A model generated the notes under the pieces. It was not told the origin of the DNA. It saw nothing but the letters and a program-made list of their open reading frames with translations, and made no database searches. Position numbers and translations under genes: made by a program. From positions 21,047-85,046 of the forward strand of contig CAVZYI010000003.1 of the NCBI GenBank assembly GCA_963779445.1: a stretch of 64,000 nt of DNA, read 5' to 3'. Shown one piece after another: positions 28,544 through 38,654 of this stretch. This stretch comes from an uncultured beta proteobacterium (GTDB taxonomy: Bacteria > Pseudomonadota > Gammaproteobacteria > Burkholderiales > Casimicrobiaceae). Position 1 is the stretch's first letter. The number at the start of each line of letters is the position of its first letter.

Positions 28544-30028
28544 ATGGTCGAGCGCAAGACCCGCCCCGCCCCACTCACCCTCGTCGCCCGCAAATCCGCC
28601 AAACCCGCCGGCAAGCCCGGTCCAGCCACCCGCTTCCAGTTCCCCAGCAAGCTGTTCGTGCTCGACACCAACGTACTGATGCACGATCCGACGAGCCTGT
28701 TCCGCTTCGAGGAGCACGACATCTACCTCCCGATCCTCACGCTCGAGGAACTCGACAACAACAAGAAGGGCGTCAGCGAAGTCGCGCGCAATGCCCGGCA
28801 GGCCTCGCGTTTTCTCGACGAACTCGTCACGGCGATGCCCAACGGCATCGCCGAAGGCATACCGCTCACCGCGAAGTCGGGCGGCGCCGCGACCGGCAAG
28901 CTCTACCTGCAGACCGAAGTCATCACCACGGTGCTGCCCAGCTCGCTGGCGAACGGCAAGGCCGACAACCAGATTCTCGCCGTGGTCATGCACCTTCAGC
29001 ATGCGCACCCGAAACGCAGCGTGATCCTGGTCAGCAAGGACATCAACATGCGCATCAAGGCGCGCGCGCTGGGGATCGCCGCCGAGGATTACTTCAACGA
29101 CAAGGTGCTCGAGGACACCGAGCTGCTGTATTCAGGAATGCAGGAGCTCCCGGGGGACTTCTGGGAGCGTCACGGCAAGGGCATGGAATCCTGGCAGCAC
29201 GGCGGTCACACCTACTACCGGATCAACGGGCCGCTGGTGCCCTCGCTGCTCATCAACGAGTTCGTCTACCTCGAAACTCCGGGCGAGGCGCCGCTGAACG
29301 CGCTGGTCAAGGAAATCAGCGGCAGGAGCGCGGTGCTGCAGACGCTGAAGGACTATACGCACCAGAAGAACAACGTCTGGGGCATCACCGCGCGCAACCG
29401 CGAACAGAACTTCGCGCTCAACCTGCTGATGAATCCGGAGGCCGACTTCGTATCGCTGCTGGGCCAGGCCGGCACCGGCAAGACGCTGCTGACGCTGGCG
29501 GCGGGCCTGATGCTGACGCTCGAGTTCAAGGTCTATTCCGAGATCATCATGACGCGGGTGACGGTGCCGGTCGGCGAGGACATCGGCTTCCTGCCGGGCA
29601 CCGAGGAAGAGAAGATGAATCCCTGGATGGGAGCGCTCGAGGACAATCTCGACGTGCTCAACAAGACCGACGACGAGGCCGGAGAATGGGGCCGCGCCGC
29701 GACGCGCGATCTGATCCGCTCGCGGATCAAGGTGAAGAGCCTGAACTTCATGCGCGGACGCACGTTCATCAACAAGTTCCTGATCATCGACGAGGCGCAG
29801 AACCTCACTCCGAAGCAGATGAAGACGCTGGTCACCCGCGCGGGCCCCGGGACCAAGGTCGTCTGCCTCGGCAACATCGCCCAGATCGACACGCCGTATC
29901 TGACCGAGGGCAGTTCGGGCATCACCTACGTCGTCGACCGCTTCAAGGGCTGGGCGCATTCCGGCCACGTGACGCTGCAGCGCGGCGAGCGCTCGCGGCT
30001 CGCCGACCACGCCGCCGAAATTCTCTAG
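28544..30028 (+). CDS. PIN-domain PhoH-like ATPase (YlaK-type)
   Basis: FVLDTNVLMHDPTSLF (PIN), LLGQAGTGKTLLTLAAG (P-loop), FLIIDEAQNLT, GNIAQIDTPY. Confidence 0.85.
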   Translation: MVERKTRPAPLTLVARKSAKPAGKPGPATRFQFPSKLFVLDTNVLMHDPTSLFRFEEHDIYLPILTLEELDNNKKGVSEVARNARQASRFLDELVTAMPNGIAEGIPLTAKSGGAATGKLYLQTEVITTVLPSSLANGKADNQILAVVMHLQHAHPKRSVILVSKDINMRIKARALGIAAEDYFNDKVLEDTELLYSGMQELPGDFWERHGKGMESWQHGGHTYYRINGPLVPSLLINEFVYLETPGEAPLNALVKEISGRSAVLQTLKDYTHQKNNVWGITARNREQNFALNLLMNPEADFVSLLGQAGTGKTLLTLAAGLMLTLEFKVYSEIIMTRVTVPVGEDIGFLPGTEEEKMNPWMGALEDNLDVLNKTDDEAGEWGRAATRDLIRSRIKVKSLNFMRGRTFINKFLIIDEAQNLTPKQMKTLVTRAGPGTKVVCLGNIAQIDTPYLTEGSSGITYVVDRFKGWAHSGHVTLQRGERSRLADHAAEIL

Positions 30029-30098
30029 CGTCCGCCGTCGCGGCGGCAGGTCCGCAGCCGCTACAATCGGGGCAACGCAATCCGCCGGCGTCGCCCGC

Positions 30099-31790
30099 AT
30101 GGCCCAACCTTCGCTCCTCGAGCAGCTCGACAACGCGGTGACCGCCGCCGCCGGCAATCCCGCGGCGCGCGTGCGCGCATTGACGGCGCTGGCGACGGAG
30201 CTTGCCCGGGCCGGCCACGCCAAGCGCGGGCTCGGGGTCGCGCAGGAGGCGCGCGCCGCCGCCGACGCGCTGTCGGACCCGGAACTCGTGGCCGCCTCGA
30301 TGCATGCGCTGGCGCGCTGCAGGTTCTACCTCGCCGATTTCGTCTCCTCGCTCGAGCTGCTGCTCGAAGCCGCGCGCCTCTACCAGGACCAGGGCGACCT
30401 CGCCAATGCCGCCACCGCGCTTGCCGGCGTCGGGTTGTGCCAGCACCGGCTGGGCGCGCAGGAGGACGCGGTGGCCTCGCTGCTGCGCGCGCTCGGTTCG
30501 GCCCGCGACCTGGGATTCGTCACGCTCGAGATCAATGTCCACAACTCTCTCGGCTCGGCGCTGCTGGCTGCGGGCCGCACCGACGACGCCGCGCTGCACC
30601 TCGCGACCGGCGCCCGGCTTGCCGTGGCGCAGGAAAACAAGAGCCTGCTGACCAAACTGGTCCACAACCAGACCCTGCTGGCACAGAAGCGCGGCGACAA
30701 CGCCGCCGATCCGGAGTCGGCGGCACGCGAATACGAAGCCGGTCTGGCGCTATGCGAGAGCGCCCTTGCCCTGGCCCGCGAGCTCGGCAATCGCTATGAC
30801 GAGGCGCATTCGCTCGGCCAATCGGGAACCATGCTGCGCCTTCTCGATCGCGGCGCCGACGCCGAAACGGCGTTGCAGGCGGCGCTCGCGCTGGGCCGCG
30901 ATCTCGACGAGACGCACGTGCAGGCGGAAGCGCTGCTCGAGCTGGGGCGTCTGCATTCGAAGCGCGACGCGGAGCGGGCGCGCCGCTGCTTCGGCGAGGC
31001 GATCGCTCTCGCCGAACGGATCAATGCCAGGACGATGCTGGCGGACACCTGCGCGGAGCTGTCGGCGCAACACGAGCGCGACGGCGAAGTCGCGGAGGCG
31101 CTCGCGCTGTACAAACGCTTCCACGAGGTCCGCGAGGCGGAGTTCGCGGCGACCCGGCGGCATGCGGCGCGCGCGGCGCAGCTGTGGATCGACTTCCAGC
31201 AGGCCACCCGGCAGGTCACCGAGTATCGCGAGCAGGCGCTGGCGCTCGCGGAGGACAAGGCGGCGCTTTCGAGACAGGCGGAGGCGCTCGCCGCCGCCTC
31301 GCAGCAGGACCCGCTGACGGGCCTCCTCAATCGCCGCGGGCTCGATGCCCAGGTCGGCGCACTGGTCGCGGCAAGCGAGGTCAACGGCGTGCCGCTGACG
31401 ATCGCGCTGATCGACATCGACCGGTTCAAGGCGATCAACGACAGCTTCTCGCACACCGTCGGCGATGCGGTCCTGAGACGCGTCGCCGGAATCATCCGCG
31501 CGCACTGCCGCGTCAACGATCTGCCTGTCCGCTACGGCGGCGACGAGTTCCTGGTGGTGCTCGCCGGTGCGGATGCGGAAGGCAGCCTCCTGGTGCTGAC
31601 GCGACTGAAGGACGCCGTCGATGGCTGCCCCTGGAGCGACGAGGCGATCGAGCTCGTCGTCACGCTTTCCATAGGCGCCGCGACGCGGATCGCCGGCGCG
31701 ACGATTGCGGCCACGATCGCGGCCGCGGACCGCGCGCTGTACGCGGCCAAGCGCGGCGGACGCGACCGCATCGAGATCGCCCCGGCCTGA
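30099..31790 (+). CDS. TPR-repeat diguanylate cyclase (GGDEF)
   Basis: 563 aa. N-terminal TPR-like repeats; DPLTGLLNRRG, LIDIDRFKAINDSFSHTVGD, RYGGDEFLVV, ADRALYAAKRGGRD. Confidence 0.85.
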   Translation: MAQPSLLEQLDNAVTAAAGNPAARVRALTALATELARAGHAKRGLGVAQEARAAADALSDPELVAASMHALARCRFYLADFVSSLELLLEAARLYQDQGDLANAATALAGVGLCQHRLGAQEDAVASLLRALGSARDLGFVTLEINVHNSLGSALLAAGRTDDAALHLATGARLAVAQENKSLLTKLVHNQTLLAQKRGDNAADPESAAREYEAGLALCESALALARELGNRYDEAHSLGQSGTMLRLLDRGADAETALQAALALGRDLDETHVQAEALLELGRLHSKRDAERARRCFGEAIALAERINARTMLADTCAELSAQHERDGEVAEALALYKRFHEVREAEFAATRRHAARAAQLWIDFQQATRQVTEYREQALALAEDKAALSRQAEALAAASQQDPLTGLLNRRGLDAQVGALVAASEVNGVPLTIALIDIDRFKAINDSFSHTVGDAVLRRVAGIIRAHCRVNDLPVRYGGDEFLVVLAGADAEGSLLVLTRLKDAVDGCPWSDEAIELVVTLSIGAATRIAGATIAATIAAADRALYAAKRGGRDRIEIAPA

Positions 31791-31932
31791 ACGGCGACGC
31801 GGTGCGTGCCTGCCGACATCGCGCATCGCGAATGCCGGAAATCCGGCGAACGGCCGCGGCCGTCCTCACGGCAGGGTTTGCCTTCCCGTTGGCGCACGAC
31901 GCCGGCGTCAACGCGCCGGACGGCGTTCCGGA

Positions 31933-33082
31933 TCAGCTGGAAACGGGCGCCGCGGATTCGACCGGCCGGCCGGGGAAACGCGCGAACGGCACGCCCCCGG
32001 CCGGCGCGCCGGCGAGCGCACGGCGCGTGGCCTCGAGAAACTGGTGGCCGAAGCGCTGGTCGGGTTCGAGGTGGGCCGCTTCGGCCCATTCGTTCCAGGC
32101 GTTGATGAACACCAGACGGTCGTCGCCGCCGGTGCCGCTCCAGCGCGCGGGCGACGATCTCGCGAAGCCAAAGTTCGTAGATCTCCGGCGTCGCGTTGAC
32201 GAAAGTCAGCGCCTGATTCTGGCCTCTCGCGGTGTTGTCCCAGCCCGGCATCACCGTCCCATGAACGCGGTACGCCGGTTCGGTACGCGCGAGCGCGTCG
32301 AGCACGAACTGCCGGTAGTCGACGATCTGCCCGTCGAAATCGGGGTTGGCGAGATCGAACTGCGCGTTGATCGGCGGCGTGCGCACGCCGTGCGGCGGGA
32401 ACTCCACCACGGCGTCGAACCCGTACTGCGTCGGATCGGCCGCGTTGTACGAGTCCGCCGCGCAGAGATACAGGTCGCCGACGCCCTCGCGGCGGCAGAC
32501 GTCGCGCCAGAGCGCGACGCTCGCGCGCGCGTCCGGCAGCACCCCGACGCGGTAGACCATGAACAGCGGCCGGCCGGAAACGCGGATATAGCGTGGATCG
32601 CGGAAGTGCGGCAGCAGGTCGCGTATCAGCTGCAGATCGTCGGCACGCGCGGGGTCCTGCGCGATCAGGATCTCGCGATCCGCGCCATCCCAGCGCCGGG
32701 TCCAGTTCTCGTTGGCCCAGCACAGGCAGTACGGGAAATCCGGACGGCCGGATGAGCGCATTTCCTCCACCGGGCGCTCGAGCAGGCGCCGGCCAGCAAA
32801 CCAGTAGTAGTAATGGCAGAAGCCGTGGATGCCGTAGGCACGGGCGAGCGCGACCTGCTGCTCGCGCGTCTCGGGGACGCGCAGATCGTAGAACCCGAGA
32901 TCAGCCGGAAGATGCGGCTGATGGTGCCCGTCGAAATTCGGACGCGCGCGCGTCACGTTGGTCCACTCGGTGAAACCCTTGCCCCACCAGCGATCGTTCT
33001 CCGGGATGGGATGAAACTGCGGCAGGTGAAACGCGATGGCGCGCAGGGGCGTTTCGTAACCTTCTGCCCGCGCATCCATCAC
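31933..33082 (-). pseudogene. WbsX-family glycosyl transferase/hydrolase-like protein; one frameshift near 32128-32140 as assembled
   Basis: AIAFHLPQFHPIPENDRWWGKGFTEWTNV, CWANENWTRRWDG (ORF 31532..33082). After ...[10 protein letters not shown] the homologous reading [37 protein letters not shown]... is in another frame and ends at TGA 31933. Confidence 0.7.
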
Positions 33083-34689
33083 GCGACTTTCGTCACCGGG
33101 TCCGCGACGGCAGCGTCAGTGCGAGCGGCGCCAGCGAGGAACTCGCGGTAGCGCCGGACCTGCGCCTGCCCGTCGAACAGCATCCGCACCTTGTCGTGGC
33201 CCGCGCGACCGACCGCAGCCGCCATCGCCGGCGCACCGCGCAGCTCCGCGAGCTGCTGCTGCGCCTCGGCGTTCGACGCGTACAGGAATCCGTCGACCCC
33301 GTGCTCGATGCGCTCGGCATGAATGGAACCGAACGGGCACAGCACCGGCACGCCCAGCGCCATCGCGCCGTACAGTTCGCGGCCCGCGGTGTCCTGCCAC
33401 CACGCCTGCGTACGGTGAACGAAGCAGCTAAGCTGCGCCAGGAACGGATCGAGCCCGCCCGGACGCCGCTCGAAGAAACGGACGATCGGGTCGCCCCCCA
33501 GGACGTAGCGGAAGCGCCCCGGATCGTAGATGTGCATCCGGCCGGCGATCCCGCCCAGCGCCGTTATGAAATCGGCATCGGGCGGCTCGCCCACGACCTG
33601 CGGATTCTGCCCGACGATGCCGACGGTCCACGCCACCGGGTCTCCGCCGCGAAGCCCGTCGTGCGCGACCGCGTCGCGCGCAAGCGCCGCCGCCGGCGCC
33701 GCGAACTCGAGCGGCGGAGGCAGCACGGCATGGCCCCGCCCGAACCGCCGCGCCATCGCCTGCGAAGCGAAGACGAGCTCGACCGGACGCGCGCCGTCGA
33801 GGGCGATGGCCCGCAACTGATCGAGATAGCGCGTCGGCGCCGCCGACTGACAGAACACGATCACGCGTTCGGCGTCGGCGCGGCCGACCCAGGCGGCGCA
33901 TTCGAAATCGACGCCGACGAACACCTGCGTGCCGCCGCGCGGCACCGCGCCCGTGCCGCCGTCGACCCGGTGGGCGCGGCGCGCGCCGACGGCCTCGGTG
34001 CCGTCGCCGTCGGCCGCCCAGACGACGACGGCGTCGCCATCGAGAAGCTCGGTCAGCCGGCGCAGCAGCCAGGCGTCGTCGCCGTCGCCGGCGTCGGCGC
34101 GTCCGATCAAATGGACGAACGGCGGGCCGTTCGCGGCCGTCGCTGCGATGCCCGTTCGACCGACGCGGGCGGCGGCGCTCGGGGCGAGCGCGAGGTCAAC
34201 GAGTATCGGAAGCGCCCGTTCGGCGAGCTGCTCCGGCTGCGCGCGTGCACGCGCAAGACGCGCGTCGTGCGCGAGCAGCCGGTTATGCTCGATCGCGGCG
34301 TACGGCGGCCGCAATGACATCGCGGCCGAGATCAGGCGTTCGGCCTCGTCGATGTTTCCGCGGCCCAGCTCGATGACGCCCAGCATGTGCAGCGCGTCGT
34401 GGGTACCGGGGGCGGTGGCGATCACCTCGCGGTACTCGCGCGCGGCCTCGTCGACACGGCCGGCCCTCTGCATCGCCATCGCCTGCTCCATGCGCGCACC
34501 GAGCAGGTCGCGCGCCGCCCCGCCGAGGTGCGCCCATTCGCGACCCGGTGCGCGATAGGCGGATCGCGGCGGTGCGCCCGCCCCGGCGCCGGACCCGCCC
34601 AGCTCCCCGTGGCATTCCTTGTAGCGGCGTCCGCTGCCGCAGGGACAGGGGCTGTTGCGTGAAACGGGCGCGACGACCGCTACGCTCAT
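33079..34689 (-). CDS. SEC-C motif / TPR / GT-B-like glycosyltransferase fusion protein
   Basis: 536 aa. MSVAVVAPVSRNSPCPCGSGRRYKECHG (SEC-C), TPR GRVDEAAREYREVIATAPGTHDALHMLGVIELGRGNIDEAE, C-terminal GT-B-like half ELYGAMALGVPVLCPFGSIHAERIEHGVDGFLY. Confidence 0.65.
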   Translation of the reverse strand: MSVAVVAPVSRNSPCPCGSGRRYKECHGELGGSGAGAGAPPRSAYRAPGREWAHLGGAARDLLGARMEQAMAMQRAGRVDEAAREYREVIATAPGTHDALHMLGVIELGRGNIDEAERLISAAMSLRPPYAAIEHNRLLAHDARLARARAQPEQLAERALPILVDLALAPSAAARVGRTGIAATAANGPPFVHLIGRADAGDGDDAWLLRRLTELLDGDAVVVWAADGDGTEAVGARRAHRVDGGTGAVPRGGTQVFVGVDFECAAWVGRADAERVIVFCQSAAPTRYLDQLRAIALDGARPVELVFASQAMARRFGRGHAVLPPPLEFAAPAAALARDAVAHDGLRGGDPVAWTVGIVGQNPQVVGEPPDADFITALGGIAGRMHIYDPGRFRYVLGGDPIVRFFERRPGGLDPFLAQLSCFVHRTQAWWQDTAGRELYGAMALGVPVLCPFGSIHAERIEHGVDGFLYASNAEAQQQLAELRGAPAMAAAVGRAGHDKVRMLFDGQAQVRRYREFLAGAARTDAAVADPVTKVA

Positions 34690-35474
34690 GCGATCGGACT
34701 GACCCCTGACGCCCGGTGAACGGCCGGACTCGCAGCGCCCGAGGACGCGGCGGCAGCCCGCGCGTCGACCACGTACTGGAGCGCGTAGAGGTCCTCGAGA
34801 TCTTCGCGGCTGCCAAACGCGATCGACAGGTGCCGGGTGACGAGCCTTCCGGGCCGGCGCGCGACGACGTACGGGTCGACCGTCCCCGGCTGCGTCAGCG
34901 GTTCCATGTGCGCGACGGCATACCCCGTTTCCTCGAACATGCAGCGCAGCGAAGCGCGGGTGAAGAACCGCAGGTGCGTGATGTCGAGCACGCCGTGGGG
35001 ACCGTATTCCCACCGGCCGGCGGCGAGTTCGTCCAGGCTCGCGAGGTTGCGGATGTTCGGCACGCTCGCCAGCACGCGCGTGCCGGTGGCGAGCCAGCCG
35101 CGGATTCGGGTCAGCGCGCGCCACGGGTCGTAGAGATGCTCCAGCACATCGAGCAGCAGCACCGTGCCGATGGTCACCTCGCCCACGTGCTTCGCCAGCT
35201 CGACCTCGTCGATGCTCGCGCACACGACGTCGTCGAGGAACTGCCGCGCGTGCTCCGCGGCGTGCGGATTGAGCTCGATGCCGATCACCCGCGTGCCCGG
35301 GTATTTCTCCTTGATGAGCCTGCCGACCGCACCGCCGCCGCAGCCGACGTCGAGCACCACGCCGGGCGCCTCGTTGATGAAGCTTGCGATCTCGACGCGG
35401 GGACTCTCGTGGTAATGCGGATCGAACGCCGCGTCGGCGGCGAGGTGGGTCTGCCAGACGGGTGCGGTGGTCAT
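34686..35474 (-). CDS. Class I SAM-dependent methyltransferase
   Basis: VLDVGCGGGAVGRLIKEKYPGTRVIGIELN (motif I), VLLLDVLEHLYDP. 4-nt overlap with the downstream SEC-C/GT gene. Confidence 0.8.
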   Translation of the reverse strand: MTTAPVWQTHLAADAAFDPHYHESPRVEIASFINEAPGVVLDVGCGGGAVGRLIKEKYPGTRVIGIELNPHAAEHARQFLDDVVCASIDEVELAKHVGEVTIGTVLLLDVLEHLYDPWRALTRIRGWLATGTRVLASVPNIRNLASLDELAAGRWEYGPHGVLDITHLRFFTRASLRCMFEETGYAVAHMEPLTQPGTVDPYVVARRPGRLVTRHLSIAFGSREDLEDLYALQYVVDARAAAASSGAASPAVHRASGVSPIA

Positions 35475-35761
35475 GGGCGCGAGGGACGCGGCGGCCGACA
35501 AGTATCCTCCGACCGCGCCGGAGGCTCAAGGCCGGGCGGCCTCCGGGCGGATCGCAGCTCGATGCCCGGGATAGGGCCGATCAACGCACCGGCGATCGCC
35601 GGCCGGCACGGTTCGACGCTCGGCGCCGACGCAAGCTTCGCCGGCAGGTGTCGGTGTCGCGTGCGCGGGCCGCGGGGTCAAACCGGCGAGCGGGCGTCCG
35701 CCGGCACGCGCGTCGCGACGCGCGACGGTGGTGGCGGCGATGGCGCGCGTTCGCTTCCGCG

Positions 35762-38578
35762 TCATTCGGCCTTTCGCGCGGGCCATGAATCGAAGTTTCT
35801 CCGCGCCGACGCCAGCACCTCCGGCAATCGCGTCGCCACGCGCCGCTTCAGTTCGTCGAGCCCGATCAGCGCGCGTGCGCACAGCTGCTCCAGCTGCCGA
35901 CAATCGAGGTTGCGGGAATCGACGACCCAATCCGGCAATCCGAAGAGCTGCCAGAGTCCTTCGAACTTGCCCTGGTACGAAATTCCGATGGTCGGCGTTC
36001 CCATGCCCAGCGCCGCGATGGCGAGGTGCATGCGGCCGGTGACCACCAGATCCGCCATTCCCGCCAGGCGCTTCGCCTCGGCCGGGCTGGCGGGCACGAC
36101 GTGGTGATGGAGTCCGCTGCCGACCGATCCCCCGGACATGAGACTCCGCAGTTTCATGACGATGGCGACGTCGCCGTCGTCGCCGCTCGCGCCGGGCCGC
36201 AGGTCGTGGGCGCACCACAGAACGCCGAGCCGGTGATCGGCGACCAGCCTCGCCGCCAGGTCGGCGAATTCGCCGTACCCGCCGCCGCGCGCGGCCGGCG
36301 CTCCGGAGAGCACATGCCGCGACAGGTTGATCATCAGTATGCGCCGGCCCGACGCTTTCTGCGCCCGGATCCAGGCCTCGGCGTCTCGGGTGACGAACGA
36401 GGACTCGGCCGGCGGCATGAGAAAGGCGACATCGGCCACCGGAGTCACCGATGCCAGGCCGCGGTCCGCCAGGCGCCGGACCGAGACCGGATCGCGCACG
36501 CAAAGCGGAATCCGCCCCGCGAGGCGGGCAAGATCGGCGATGGCCTCGTCGCGCGGGACTTCGTTGACGCTGAAGCCGAAAACGGCGGTCGCCAGGCCCC
36601 GCCGTGCGGCGATGTCCACCAGCGCCAGACGATGGCGCGTTTCGTCCAGCGAATAGTAGCCGTCCAGCACGTCGGCGCCGAAAAGAGCGAACGCGTCGTA
36701 CCGATGGAGGACCCCCTCCACTTTCGCCAGCGCATCCGACCCCGACACGGCGTCGCCGGGGTTCACCGCGATGACGCGGCGCACGCCGGGCAGCTGCGGC
36801 CAGCCCGCCCCGCCGTAGATCGAAATCAGGTCGACCGCCCATTCGGCAGCTGCGGCATCCCGCCAGGCAAGAAGTCCCCGGACCATGGCCTCGTCACCCA
36901 GGCTGCCGTAGCCGGCCGGCACCAGCACCAGCGCGGCGGGCCGGACGCCCGCGTCGCGCGCGGCATCGGCGCGGGCCTCCTTCCGCGCGATGGACCGATC
37001 CCTCAGCTCCACCAGCACGCTGCGCGCGGCCTCGGGCGAGAAGTGGCGACGAAGGGTCTCCATCGCATCGTCGGAAATCGCCGTCCACAGCCCGGCGTCG
37101 CCATAGATGCGCACGATGGCGTCGGCGAAGTCCTGCGCGGTGTCGGCGATCAGCGCATTGCGCCCGGACTCGAGGTGCATGCCTTCGGCCGCACGCGTCG
37201 TCGCAATGACCGGAACGCCGGAACCCTGCGCAGTGCCGATCTTGCCCTTCACGCCCGCGCCGTAGCGCAGCGGTGCCACCGATGCCCGGCAGCCGTCGAG
37301 ATACGGCGTCAGGTCCGGGGCGTGCCCGACGGCAACGATTCCGTCGCCGGCGAGAGCCCGCACCGAGTCGGGCATGTTGCTGCCGATCAGATACGTCACC
37401 ACGCCGGGCAGCTCGCGCCGCACCTTCGGCCACACCTCGGCCGCGTACCAGCACACCGCGTCGACATTGGGCGCATGCGCGAAACCGCCGACGAAGAACA
37501 GGTCGCGGCGAGCGGCGAAACCCGCCTGCCGGCCGCGCACCTCGTGGATGTTCGACAGGTTCCGGACCCGCGCGCCCGGAACCTCGCCGGCCAGGAGGCG
37601 GCTTTCGAATTCGCTGACCACCAGCGTGCAATCGGCAGCCCGGATGACGCCCAGTTCCTGCGCCTGCGTCATCGCCGCATGGCGCGTGGACTCGGGGTCA
37701 CCGGTGATTTCAGCCATCCGCCTCTCGCGCAGGAAATGCAGGTCGACGGTATCGACGACGAACGTGGCATCGGGCGCGTAGTGGCGCAGCAGCGTGATGT
37801 ACGGCTGCGCGAGGTTGAACCGGCTGATGAAGATCAGATCGAACTCGCCCCCGCGCGTGGCAAGAATCTGCGTGAGCCCGCCCCAGACCTACGGCGGGCG
37901 CAGGACTTCAATGCCTTCGTCCTCCATCCAGCCGTCGCGCGACGCGGCGTAGTCCATGTCCAGGGCGTGGAAGGCCACGCTGCAGCCGATATTCCGCAGC
38001 AGTCGCAGGATCGACACCAGGCGAACCGACGCCGAATCCCGGTCGCGCTGCGGCGCGCAACCGTCGACGTAGAGCACTCTCGCCCCCTCGCGAACGCTCG
38101 GTGCTGCGATCGCGCCGGCGACCCCGGCTTCGGCGTGGCTGCGATCGCCGGCGCTCGCGGCGACGGTCGGCCCGGGCGAGCCGGCGAACGCGGCGGTCCG
38201 CTCGTCCCACGTCGCCGCGTCCCAGGTGGCGGAGTCGTCGACCATGCGGGATACGACCAGCGACAGGTTGTGCTTCATCGCATCGACGGACCAGCCGGTG
38301 ATCTGCAGCGCCTGCCAGATGAGCCGGGCGGCTTCGACGTATCGGCCGGTCTGGTAGCAGATCACTCCCAGCATGTGCAGGCAGTCGGGTTCGTCGCGCG
38401 ACGTTGCCAGCGCCTTGCGATAGATTGCTTCGGCCGCCGGGAGGTTGCCCGCCTGCTGCTGCTGCAGCGCCCCGTGCATGGCGCCGCGGAGGTCGCCGTC
38501 GCCGGCGTCGCCGCGTCCGCAGCAATGCTTGTAGCGCCTGCCGCTTCCGCAGGGGCAAGGACTCATCCGCGAAGTCAC
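35762..38578 (-). pseudogene. SEC-C motif / TPR / glycosyltransferase / polysaccharide pyruvyl transferase multidomain protein, interrupted by one in-frame TAG (37889-37891)
   Basis: ORFs 37889..38578 (MSPCPCGSGRRYKHCCG, TPR, RVLYVDGCAPQRDRDSASVRLVS) and 35762..37717 are in the same frame. The 57 codons between them are open and read VWGGLTQILATRGGEFDLIFISRF...VDTVDLHFLRE. C-terminal half is pyruvyl-transferase-like (LVVTGRMHLAIAALGMGTPTIGISY). Confidence 0.65.
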
Positions 38579-38654
38579 GGCGCTACCCGGAATGCGACCG
38601 CGCCGCGACGCGCGCCGCCGCCATGTCGCCCGTCGTCCCCACGCCCCGCCTTCG

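Noticed and set aside
28298-29008. 236-aa minus-strand ORF overlapping the phoH-like gene start
   Set aside because: It lies antisense to a well-supported PIN-PhoH gene that has a strong RBS, and it has no motifs and Arg/Gly-rich composition.
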